Notes under the pieces: model-generated
Told to the model about the DNA's origin: nothing
Seen by the model: the letters and a program-made list of their open reading frames with translations, nothing else
Database searches by the model: none
Assembly (NCBI RefSeq): GCF_001194135.2
Contig: NC_068995.1
Coordinates: 29,036,146 to 29,099,473 of the forward strand
Reading direction: 5' to 3'
DNA: 63,328 bases
Origin: Octopus bimaculoides
Taxonomy: Eukaryota
Part shown: positions 52,031 through 63,328 of the stretch, piece by piece
Numbering within the stretch: position 1 is the stretch's first letter
Layout: each line of letters begins with the position of its first letter
Program-made: the position numbers and the translations under genes

Positions 52031-54304
52031 TTATCATTTAATAAATAAAGAATTATTATTATTTACTTATTATGATTGCCAATTTTATAATTCATAATGC
52101 TAATCATAATAAAATCGCTATCGTAATTAAAAGTAATTTCTTTTTTTTCCCCCCAAAACTAACCTACATTTGAACACTATAATTCATTATTTTAAATATA
52201 AACAATATATTCTGTGGTGGTTTCATATATTTGCATGTCTATTTTTCTGTCTGTCTTTCCAGTTATATTTATGTAAATGTATGTGTGTTCGTATGAATGA
52301 ATATATGTATGCGCGCGCACATGTATAAGCTGCTTTTATGCACATACTCAGATTCATGACAACTGGGATAAATAAAAAGCTAATCTACTACTAAAAATAA
52401 AAATAAAAATGGTTTAAGCAAGTATAAAAATATAATCCTAGAATATTGCTTATCAGTTCCAAACATTCTACCGTACAGGCGAAAAGAAAAGGGTTAAAAT
52501 TTCTCTCCAACTGCCACTCTTCCTAGTTCACACACAAACACACATACTTGTGGAACGCTACCTTTAACTTTCCTTCAATAAATAATAAATATGGCAATCT
52601 TTGCTTTGGCAAGCCAGAGACAGATTTACGACTGTTGCCACAACAGCTCTTGCTGTTGTCTCTAATTTATGTAGCAGAGACTTTAACCGTTATTGTAGTC
52701 TGTGTTTTAACATTTTTACATCACCGCTTGTACCGAGACTAATTTTTTTATACAAGCTTTATTGTTAACGTACACTTGTGATTTTTTTTCCCCAGAAACA
52801 AATGGGTTGCATTAAATCCTAAACAAATTGTTATTGCAATTGTTGTTGTTTCTGCTGCATACTTTATTTATTTATTTATATATTTTTTCTTTCAATTGGG
52901 TTATTGTATGTGTTGGTTCTGTGGTGAATTATAAAACTTCGAAGTGAATGTACGTACATGCATAACTACATACGCACACATAGATGCATGTATACAAACA
53001 CGCACTCACACCCTGCTTGTAATCATGAACATAGACATTTCAGTTATGTCGATTTGACCTCTGTATATAAATGTACGAGTGTGCGGGCGGGTGCGCACAG
53101 GGAAGAAATTCCAGAAGGCAGTCATTCTCGGGAGAAAGGACTGGAGGTTGTTGTTATTATTGCTGTTACTGTTGATGATGTTATTGTTACTTTTGTAACC
53201 TGGAGGCAAATCTTTATCGGTTCGAATCAGCTTTACTAAAGTTCTGTTACTAATGGTTTCAAATTTTGACACTTTTCTTCCTTTCTTTGATGTTGCTCAG
53301 CTTCCGTTGTTATCTCTAGTACCTCTTTTGTTGAGAGTTTCTCCATTTGTTGTCATATTCTCTGGAGGTAGGCTGCCAGGCTATCATATGACATGACCCA
53401 ATCACTTCATTTTATCCCTATTCATAACCGACTGCAGATTCAGTTAGTTAGAGTGTACCAAACCCGTGTACATGTATGCGCAGAGCTGGGCACTTTTTCT
53501 TTTCTTATGAAGACTAATAGTTACTCATTCATAGAAAGTTTGCTTCATGCAACCAATGTCTATTGAAGGGAAAGATTACCGAGCTGCGCAAAGCTTGACA
53601 TCAGTATGGTCACTGGCATCACTCCCAGAATGCAAGGAGCCGGGCAGATACCGCAAGACATTTTGCTCCACTCTTTAACACTTCCGTGATCCACCGAATG
53701 GATGAAAGGCAAAGATGAAGTCAAAAGGATGGAACTTACTGTGTAGTGAATCGGAACATGCTGTGAGACCGTTTTTCAACACAACGTCGTTATTATTCTG
53801 CTAAGTTGCCTACACGCATATATGTGTGTGTGTGTTTACACACCCATATACAACCATCCGCGGATATCATCATACACGCGTCTTGCACCGACCATAATTC
53901 AGAACTGAGCACAACCTTTTTATTAACTGACGTAGGTCGTTGAAATTGCATATGTTGGTAGAATAACTCCTACCCTATAGTAAGTCTTTTTCCTGTTCTC
54001 CATTGCAGGCAAATATGTTCCAAGCTGAAGTTATGTGCTGTCATAAACTTCTAGATGAAAGAGGATGCGGGTTGTTCGACAGCTACAAAAGGCTTTGGGA
54101 TGTATTTTTCGGAGTATCAAAGAGCTGGTTTCAACAATTGGGCAAATGTAGCGCTTGTAAAGTTTCATTATATTGAGAAGTACTTTAGCATAAGGAAAAT
54201 GTTGTTTTACTAACATAGGCAATTTGAGTTACCTATCTCGGTTAATAGAAATTATGTCTACTTTTGCATTACTTTCAGTAAACTGTGGAATATTTAGGAA
54301 ATTT

Positions 54305-54500
54305 GTACAAACGATCGTTAGCACGCCGGACAAAGTACTTAGCGGTATTTCGTCCGTCTTCATGTTCCGCATTCAAATGCTGCCAGGGTCGACTTTGCCT
54401 TTCATCCTTTCGGAGTCAATAAAATAAATACCAGCTGAATACTAGAGTCGACTTAACCACTTACCCGAAACTAATGACGTGCCAAATTTTGAAATCATTA
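54305..54500 (+). mobile_element. SINE family B
   Basis: cgttagcacgccggac...gtcgactttgcctttcatcctttcggagtc. Confidence 0.8.
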
Positions 54501-55344
54501 TATAGTTGTTTTCACATGTGTGTATATCTGCGTGTGGTATGTGAGTGTGTGCATGTGTACGTATGAAATATGTTTTATTGTTGCATATATAAATATGTAT
54601 CAAATTAATGTGTAAATGTTTTTACATATTTAAATTGAAGCTTGCAGAGATGATTATCAAATCGCTGTCCCGAGCAAAAGTATTACAAAATGATTTGGAC
54701 TATATACATGATTTCAGTGTAGTGTTTGAATTAAAAATTTGGAATTTTCCCTTCATTTCGGAATATATCTTATAATTTCGTCGAAATTTTTTCGATTTAA
54801 TATTTAATCTTCCACAGACACACTATTTTCTATCACAGATTATAATCTCAATTTAGTGTCCTCTTCAGGGACATAATTAAATATTTGCACTGGAAATGAA
54901 CTCGTGACCTATGAAGTATACTTCTTCCTGTCAGACATTTTACACATAAAATTCTCGAAGACCGTTACTTTAATTATGGTGGAAATTAGTTATTTATGAA
55001 GATCTTATCATACCGAATAATAGACATGCATTTAAGCATAAATCTCAACAACTAATAAAAGAATCGTCCAGAAGGAATCGACAAGCAACAGAAAATACGA
55101 AAGCATCAATTTATATGGCGTAGCTATTGAAAGAAAAGTTTAGGGCAAAGTGGGGGTTGCCGTCTGTTAACTGTAAAATATAAATTCATGCGATCAAAGA
55201 ATGAAGTCTTTGTGTGATTACTCGATTAGCTAGATATAATTTATACTCAGAGGTTTTTAAAAAGAAAACGATTATATCTAAATTTATATTGGATAATGTA
55301 ATATCGGATAAAAGATGCATGTACAAAACAAGAACAAAAAAGTA

Positions 55345-55417
55345 AATAAATAAACAAGCCGATATGCTCATGGCTTTTGAACAGGGATTTGCTTAACCAG
55401 GAGTGACCTGGGTTAAG

Positions 55418-55457
<40 letters not shown>
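55345..55457 (+). mobile_element. Probable 3' end of a retroposed element: stem-loop plus pure A36 tail
   Basis: gcttaaccagg-agtga-cctgggttaagc (55391-55418), then an uninterrupted A run at 55422-55457. The parent family is not identified. Confidence 0.5.
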
Positions 55458-55460
<3 letters not shown>

Positions 55461-55856
55461 AAATCGAAACAAGCTTAATCCGTTATCCGCATTGATCCCG
55501 TACAGATACTTGGGATGATTTAGAATTGACATTCTGATTCAAATCCCGGTGAGGTCAAATTTGCCCCTCAGTTTTTTTTTGTTTTTTTTTTTGAGTGTCA
55601 GTCAAGTAGTGCAGTCGATAGTATCAACTAAGAAGCTGCCTTCAAAATTATTGGCTTTATGCCTTACTCAGAAACCGTAATTAACTATATCTTGCTCATT
55701 ATTTACTTTTTCCTTATGTTCTTTGTAAAATGTGGTGAGATATACATCCTACATTCGATGTTACTACATGTTTTCATTCTCTTTACACACGCACGCGCAC
55801 ACACACACACACATATATACGCATACATAAATCATATATATATACGTGTGCGATTA

Positions 55857-55888
<32 letters not shown>

Positions 55889-56132
55889 TGTGTGTGCGAT
55901 GATATTTGCACACCCACACATATACGCACATATACATTTACAATGAAAGAAATGCTTGCATACATGTCAGAAATATATTATATTGGTTAGATGCAGTCGT
56001 TTGTTTCAGAGTAGCATGAAAGCAATGAAGGCAGAAATAACGGTGCAAAAAGCTCCACTAACATAAAAGCCGTTAAAACACGAGGAAAATACAACACACA
56101 CTAATGAAAGGCTCTAAAACCAGATAAAATTG

Positions 56133-56546
56133 TTACTCTTTTTACTCTTTTACTTGTTTCAGTCATTTGACTGCGGCCATGCTGGAGCACCGCTTTTAGT
56201 CGAGCAAATCGACCCCAGGACTTATTCTTTGTAAGCCTAGTACTTATTCTATCGGTTTTTTTTGCCGAACCGCTAGGTTACGGGGACGTAAACACACCAC
56301 CATCGGTTGTCAAGCGATGGTAGGGGGACAAACACAGACACACAAACATATACACACACATACATATATATATATACATATATACGACGAACTTCCTTCA
56401 GTTTCCGCCTGCCAAATCCACTCATAAGGCACTGGTCGGCCCGAGGCTATAGTAGGAGACACTTGCCCAATGTGCCACGCAGTGGGACTGAACCCGAAAC
56501 CATGTGGTTGGTAAGCTGGCTACTTACCACACAGCCACTCCTGCGC
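56133..56546 (-). mobile_element. SINE family A, full length
   Basis: The minus strand reads gcgcaggagtggctgtgtggtaag (A box), gggttcagtccc (B box), a CORE-like block, a (TA/TG) microsatellite and a 3' tail of gtaaaaga repeats. Confidence 0.92.
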
Positions 56547-57899
56547 TCCTGTTGTTCGTTTCACATAAAATAACTCCCTATTTGATTCAGAAATCTTAAT
56601 TAATTGTTGTGCGACTTTTTGTTCTGAATTCTAACCGATGTGTTATTTTTTTGTCCCGTTTTACACTTCTTTTTGTAAAAATGAGAGCGTTGTTTCTGTA
56701 TCATTGTATGTAAAATGACATTTTCAGACACACGTACTTTCAAAAAGAGATTTCTTTGTTATTACAAGTGACGGCCAGAAGTTAGAAAAGAATACTTTGA
56801 TGTTGATAAAGTGGAAACATTCTGAAAACTACGCTCGCTGATACTTCCCCTTCGTAGACATATCTTATAAACGACTAAAGAGTGACGATTTTCACTCCAT
56901 CTTCTTTTAATCTCATTTCGTTACTTCTTTCTTCTTTTTTCCCCAACATATCTAATATTAAATTTAGGTAGAGATTCAGGAGAGAAGCTTTAGTCTAACT
57001 TTATGGATGAATATTTATAACTGTAAACAAAGTGATGATTCAGTTTGCTTTTCCAGCCTGATCCCCACCACCCAGCTACCAATTTCGCATGTTTCTTACA
57101 ATGTTTCGCTTTATATCACATTTTATTACCTGATTCAACGTTGGAAAGAATCAAATTGTTATAATTTATTGTCACCTACAGCCACACATTCGCATATGCT
57201 AGAAAATTTCTGAATTGATTCTTCTTAATACTCTCAATCGCCTAAATCTCATGTTGACATACATCTCTAAACATATACATGTAATACATTCTTACATACA
57301 TATTTGCATACATATTTTACATGTATCTATAGGAATGTGTGTATCTATATATAGATATACATGTACACACACACACGCGCGCGCACGCACGCTTACACCA
57401 CACACACATATATGCTTGAAAGATATGAATGTTATTACACAAAAAGGCATGATGCCGCATATGTGCGAGAGTACATATGAATATACATACATATTCCTAT
57501 ATATATATACTTACATACATATATGTGTTTGAGCTTGTGTAAATAATGAATGCAAAGTCTTCAGTGTATAGAAGAAGAAAATAACTTTTAAAATTTATTT
57601 AAGCTAAAAGTAGAAACTGAGCTTTAAATCGATTGTCAAACACAACCAAGGAACAGTCAAATCGAATATTATGAAAGGAAAACAGAAAGAAAGCATTTGA
57701 TAAGTTACGTATGTAAAGATAAATTAGAGGAGACAAAACTATTTTATTGTGTATTTAAAATAAAATTAGGTGTTGTGTGTGTGTGTGTGTATATATATAT
57801 ATACATACACACACACATATATATATATGTGTGTGTGTGTGCACAATACCTATTTCTCTGTATATATGCACACACACATTCTTTTATTTGATTCATATA

Positions 57900-58030
57900 T
57901 TCAAATCAGTCCCAGTACTTGACTCTTATTTTATTTTGTTCAACCTAAAATTGACCTCGGCGGAATTTGCACTCAAAAAGTAAGCAGTAAGTGCCGTCAG
58001 AAGATCCTTCGACGTTAAATTAATTCAGCC
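57900..58030 (-). mobile_element. SINE family B, decayed
   Basis: cagtacttgactcttattttatt...aaattgacctcggcggaatttgcactca. Confidence 0.6.
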
Positions 58031-58488
58031 AAGGTTTTATATTTATCAGAGGTGAATATCATTTAGATGAAATTGTCAGAATGCAGTTAAGATTCTCTAT
58101 ATTGAATGCAATTTAAAAGGTCGCCTTTCTAACGGTTGTCACAATTCTAATTGGGAAGATGCACTAAATAACGGAATAGTATTTATTAAAATGCCTGACT
58201 AATTCATGTTAGCTATTCGCCTTTAACCAACAGTGATTTGGTTCACCAACTGAAAGAGATTTTTGATTTTTAATTTCAAGATAACTGACCTAGGTGAAGA
58301 AGGTATTCTTTTAACTGTTCAATTCCGGGAAGAGACCACTGATAAAATCAGTTTTATTAAGCATTTCAAATTCCACGTCGTTTATTCTCCAAACAAGTTG
58401 GACTTCGAACGGGAAGGCTTAATGTACTGTATTCATTTGGAATTTACTGAGTACAGTATAAATAAGAACGAGAAGAGATGTGAATATA

Positions 58489-58526
<38 letters not shown>

Positions 58527-59722
58527 NNNNNNNNNNNNNNNNNNNNNNNNNNNNNNGTGTGTGTGAGTGTGTATGAAAAGGGAAACAGCGAAGGTTAGAA
58601 GGAAAGAGGGAGAGTTAATAAAGAAAAAGAAAAAAACTGTTCATAAAAATTTTCCTTTTTCAAAATTAAAAGCCACAAGCAAGAGTCGATTACTGAAGTC
58701 GTTTGTCTTGGACAAAGATCTAAAGACAATTTTTTCTTCTTTCTTGCACTTTCAACATTGAAATCTGTTTTTCTTTTTTCATGATTTTTTTCTTTGTTGA
58801 ATGTCTGTACTTCTACTGTGTCGCCAAACCAATGTCTGATGGCGGCGCCACCATTTCCCCTTTCCTTTGCTTCACCCATACTACAATACTTGAATATATT
58901 TATTTATTTATCGGTTCCTTTTCTGTTGTTGGTAATATTGTTACAGTGAATTGTTTTCTATAGTCTTTTGAATAGATATTTATGTCTGTTTCATTTCATC
59001 ATACAATAAACATTTAGTACACAGTCTTATGCCAGAAGAGGGTTAGTGTACACTTTTATATACTTGTGCATATCTTTATTGTCTCCCATGCAAAATAAAT
59101 CATATAATCATGTTGAAATAAAATTACAAAAGCCAACGAGACAACACTTAGTAGGTACTCGACCTGCTAGAAAAACAGCTAAATAATTCTCAAATTATAT
59201 ACCACCTTCTTGAAAAAGCAAAGGACATATTACGTAATGTTGTCCTAGATAATCCTCAAAATGTGGGATGGCCAAGTCCGGAATAATATTGACCAAAAGT
59301 CTCCTGAATCATAGTTGACTTGGTATTAAAATACCACGATACAGTTAGTTTCTCAAGTTTCTAGTTAACCTTTATCATTTTTTTCATTCTATACTTAGTC
59401 ATGACCAATCTTTGTTGTTTTTTAATCCAAACTCAACTCTCATCGAGCACCCTTATGGTCACAAATGTTTCAGCTTTGGCCAAGAGAAATTTGGCTGTTA
59501 TTTCTAGTATGCAGGAGCATTATCATTGTTTGAAAATAAAGATAAAAAGGTTTTTAGAAATCAACAGATAAGATCACAAATATGATAGGCACAGGAGGTG
59601 CGTGGAGATAAACGAAACCAACTAGAGCTTAAAGATAAGAAGGATAGTTCATAAAATGTGAGATTTTGAAATGAAGTATTTTGTCCAAAGACATAGTGCT
59701 GAGTGGCCTTACAATTTTCAGT

Positions 59723-59796
59723 TTAACAGCCTATCACAAAGTCAGGTGCTTTAACGGGATAACTGACTCCAAAGAAACAGTGAGAGAAGTCGCTTT
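59723..59796 (-). CDS. Candidate terminal coding exon (K)SDFSHCFFGVSYPVKAPDFVIGC*
   Basis: Acceptor tttcttcattcacccaatAG. In frame with the 59886-60005 exon across an 89-nt GT-AG intron. A downstream donor (gtaagg) lies at 59712. No homology known to me. Confidence 0.25.
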
Positions 59797-59885
59797 CTAT
59801 TGGGTGAATGAAGAAATAATATTGATTTCTTTTGACAAGATCAGTTACGACAATGAAGACAAAGATAAAGTTAGATGACCATTAC

Positions 59886-60005
59886 TTTTCTGGTACTTAT
59901 TTGAGTGATCTTGGAACATTTCGTCCTGTTTAATTGAAATTGTCTTGGAACTTTTAACCCGGTGTTTGCTTCTTTCAACAGAATCATCTTGCAGCTTAGA
60001 TTCAT
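59886..60005 (-). CDS. Candidate internal exon (120 nt, phase 1-1) DESKLQDDSVERSKHRVKSSKTISIKQDEMFQDHSNKYQK
   Basis: Flanked by gaattcAG and GTaatg, open, symmetric, and of typical exon length. Product unknown. Confidence 0.3.
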
Positions 60006-61100
60006 CTGAATTCAGATTTGGGTGGAAAACAATAAAATATTTTGTTAAACACACTTTTTACTCTTCCTCATAAAAAAAAGATTAATAGTAAATGCTCTAA
60101 ATTTTGTATAATTTATGATGTTTGGAAGCTATTTGTACAAAATTACGATTTGCAAAGTCTCTCTAATGCGCATGTTGTAGGATAAATGAGAGTATCATGA
60201 AACAATGTTAATCTATTAACGCTCCACATTCGAATGTCTAAAGGGCCTTGAATTGTGTGAAACACCCACGAAGCCCAATGTGGCAAACCTAAGTCATACA
60301 AAAAAAGCTACAAATCTACTTATCTCAGACAAGTAGATTTGTAACACTTGAAATCAGTTTCACAATCAAGTGTTTTAGAGTTTGAACCCGCTACACGGTG
60401 CCTTCGGCAATCCATGCTGACATGAAAGCAAATACACACACCCACACACACATACACTTGCATTTATATACCTATGTATATTCATATCCTACAACATCCA
60501 TGAGGTCATCTGTATATACTTGCATGCGTATGTGTGTCTGTTTATTTTCTTTCTGTTTACATAATATTTTTTATCAGGCACTTGAGTTGTAAAACTAACG
60601 AAGAGAGCCGAGTTCAACTCCTTTTAGGGACGTTAATGCGCAAAGATGTTTGTTATCTTTATTTTCTAATATAAAGTTTGCTGTGTATCTATATACGCTA
60701 GCGGAACTCACAGAAATCTCACGATTTTTGCAAGTGAAAGCTGAGAAGTCTGTTTGTTATTATAATAGTGTAGTATAGCAAATGATAGGCGAGGGAGAGA
60801 GAGGGAGTAAAAAGAACTAAGAGAGAAGGAGAGAGAGAAAAGGAGAGAGAGAAAAGGAGAGAGAGATATACGGACAAACAGTGACAGAGAAACAGAAGGA
60901 CAAAAGAAAGAGAGAGAGAGGTGGCAGAGGAAAAGGAAGGAGAGAGGGATAACGTTATTGCAAGTGTTACTTCGGGTGGTTACAGTGAAAGACAGGAGAA
61001 AGAAAGTTACCCAAACGGAAATCTGGCAAATCGATAGACGTATAACCATACACACATGTGCAAGCACAAGCGTATATGCACACACACACACACACGCACG

Positions 61101-61212
<112 letters not shown>

Positions 61213-61499
61213 CACATTACATTGAAAACTTTAACAGCTTGTTGTGATGATAATGGTGGTAGAGTGTTGATTGATGCAGGTGATGGTGGTTGTAAGTAGT
61301 AAGGAACTCACAGCAAACGATTTGTTTATTTTTGTGGATTGAAATTTGAAGAAAATACCATATAAATTCATGCATGTAGCTTCATGCAAGTAATTCTATT
61401 CGAGAACTGTCGTCGCCGCTGTCATCCCTCTGATGAAACACCAAGAACAAATAGCAGTCGTCATAGGCAAGAAATAAGCATCGCCACCACAGTCACTAC

Positions 61500-61667
61500 C
61501 ATTGTCGTCTATTTTCTGTTCTTTTGCGCTGAAATTCTCGTTTTCTCTCACATTTTCTCTCAAGTTATCCTTCTCTATCTCTCTCGTGTCTCTCTCTGCT
61601 TTCTCTTTCTCAATGTATCTTTCTCCGTTCACCGTTATCGACAAGAACGTCACCGCCGATGCCAAGA
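61500..61667 (-). CDS. Candidate exon (168 nt, phase 1-1) LASAVTFLSITVNGERYIEKEKAERDTRE...KIDDN
   Basis: Good acceptor cgtttcttcgtttAG but a weak donor GTagtg. Partly AG-rich low complexity, which inflates the chance of being open. Confidence 0.15.
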
Positions 61668-61849
61668 CTAAACGAAGAAACGTTTAAAATGTGCTCAGTA
61701 ATGCATGATGCTGTGTATGTATTTACGTGCACGCACACATACACGCACACACAAATACGCATAAGTACACATACTTATTCAAACATATACACAAACATAT
61801 AATGAAAACTTTAATACTTTGTTGTGGTCACGATGGCGACAGAGTGGCA

Positions 61850-62050
61850 GTATTGTTAGAGTGTTGGACAAAATGCCTGGCGATATTTTTCCAGTTCTGT
61901 ACATTCTGGGTTCAAATCCTGTTGAGATGATCTTTGTATTCCATCCTGTTAGTGTTGATTAACTGAAATACTGGCCAAGTACTAAGTTGATGATATCGAC
62001 TGATTTCTCATCTCCCCTCAGAATTGATGGCCTTGTGCCAATATTAGAAG
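61850..62050 (+). mobile_element. SINE family B, decayed
   Basis: gtggcagtattgttag...ttctgggttcaaatcc...gatggccttgtgccaa. Confidence 0.55.
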
Positions 62051-62166
62051 CACCATTAAATATGTGTATTGCAAATATGCATATTTTAACACATGGAAAT
62101 TTTATTGTTCCCGGAAATTCGTAATTTTAATCGAAAGAAATATAGGTACAGAAGCTTGTTTCTCAA

Positions 62167-62275
62167 CCGCGTGCATGACACCTTTGACGAATGTCCTCTA
62201 CTATAACTTCAGGCCAACCAAAACTTTGTGAGTGAATTTGGTAGATAGAAACTGAAAGAAGGCCGTCACGTATAT
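62167..62275 (+). mobile_element. SINE family A, middle fragment ending in (TA)n
   Basis: ctactataacttcaggccaaccaaaactttgtgagtgaatttggtagatagaaactgaaagaag. Confidence 0.75.
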
Positions 62276-62277
62276 AC

Positions 62278-62353
<76 letters not shown>

Positions 62354-62360
62354 CACAAAT

Positions 62361-63328
62361 AATAAATGAGTATATGCATATATACGTACAGGTATGTGCA
62401 TACCTACGTCTACCTGTATATATAGGTGCATATCTGGGTACAGAACATTGCAAACAAAACGTAGACAAGAAAATAATAATAATCAGAGTACAGAAAACAC
62501 ACAAGCCACATAGAGAACATTTTCCTTCATCAGCTACCCCCATTTTAACACCGGCGTTTCGAAGAGTTGGGCAGGACGCATCGTTAAAACGGCTCTTCCC
62601 ATGAACCGCAAATTAAATTTGTATACACAAATCAAACCTGTGCCATAGTGGCGGACAAAAAACAAGATAGGAAAACAAACGGAAAAGGCTGTGCGGCCAG
62701 ACGTGAAAAATTATGTGTATATGAACGCAGTGAGGTACGAACTGAAAAAGACGGGATGAAGTAAGTTCGCGTGTTTGCTCGGCGATAGCCAAGGAAGAAA
62801 AGGATTAGTGACCGGAAGCGTGTGACCAAGCAGGGGTAAGGGAGAGAGAGAGAGAGAGAGAGAGTGGTAGAGGAAGAAACAAAGGGAGGAAGTAGAAGAA
62901 TAGGTGAGCAACGAGAGAAAGAGAGGAAGCGAGGAATATAGTAGTAACAGAAGGAAGAACGAGATATAGTAGTAACAGGAGGAAGGACGAGAGGGGTAAA
63001 GAGAGATACGTAGTAGTAACAGAGGAAGAACGAGAGGGAGAAAAAGTGATAGAGAAAGAGATAGAGTCGCGTCAGAAAATATAAAGTTGAAAACTACTTA
63101 CCTCAGGGATGACGCAGGCGTTCGATCATGTAATACAATAATAAATGAGTATGTGCATATATACGTACAGGTATGTGCATACCTACGTCTACCTGTATAT
63201 ATAGGTGCATATCTGGGTACAGGACATTGCAAACAAAACGTAGACAAGAAAATAATAATAACCAGAGTACAGAAAACACACAAGCCACATAGAGAACATT
63301 TTCCTTCATCAGCTACCCCCGTTTTAAC
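62361..63328 (-). repeat. Partial tandem repeat with 779-bp period (PLE pLTR-like)
   Basis: 62361-62549 vs 63140-63328 differ at 4 of about 190 nt. The unit contains a strand-biased AG/CT tract and, on the minus strand, CGAAAC and CTGATGA. Confidence 0.85.

Noticed and set aside
53006-53400. Asn/Thr-rich minus-strand ORF (..KDLPPGYKSNNNIINSNSNNNN..)
   Set aside because: It is interrupted by stops upstream, and the (AAC)-rich tract resembles the decayed L1/Tx1 ORF1 low-complexity region at 18.0-18.2 kb.
54009-54220. Strong plus-strand acceptor followed by a 55-codon open frame
   Set aside because: Another frame reads ICSKLKLCAVINF*MKE..., resembling a decayed mariner transposase N-terminus, so it is likely a TE remnant.
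56490-56546. tRNA-like A/B boxes (also in other SINE heads)
   Set aside because: No cloverleaf. These are SINE heads continuous with SINE bodies, not tRNA genes.
58263-58598. 111-aa plus-strand ORF
   Set aside because: It runs into (AG)n and a gap, has no recognisable domain and no good donor. Noted only as an alternative reading of the 58.3-kb segment.

Overview
This is AT-rich eukaryotic (animal) DNA dominated by repeats. I infer octopus or another coleoid cephalopod from the recurring tRNA-derived SINE families and the very dense (TA)n/(CA)n/(TACA)n/(AG)n/(TAA)n microsatellites; this was recognised by eye, not by database search. There are 13 N-gaps and almost all abut microsatellites, which is typical of a short-read scaffold. 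Most of the long ORFs in the supplied track are artefacts of microsatellites and Ns. What can be supported is decayed mobile DNA: about 20 SINE copies of at least 3 families, several Penelope-like element (PLE) fragments with RT and GIY-YIG pieces and hammerhead-like motifs, RTE, L1/Tx1 and R4/Dong-type (RLE) non-LTR fragments, two mariner remnants, hAT-type MITEs with 8-bp TSDs, and several foldback or palindromic elements. No intact gene, rRNA, true tRNA gene or CRISPR array is supportable. The best leads are: (i) a speculative three-exon minus-strand model at 59.7-61.7 kb that reads like a secreted pre-pro-peptide; (ii) hammerhead-like motifs in PLE-associated repeats, including a type III-like arrangement in a 343-bp-period repeat at 43 kb; (iii) a 1.6-kb PLE structure with about 520-bp inverted arms; (iv) a cluster of oppositely oriented SINEs able to form dsRNA; and (v) a nest of insertions at a (TAA)n tract. 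All protein-family calls are from motif recognition, and identities are by-eye estimates.
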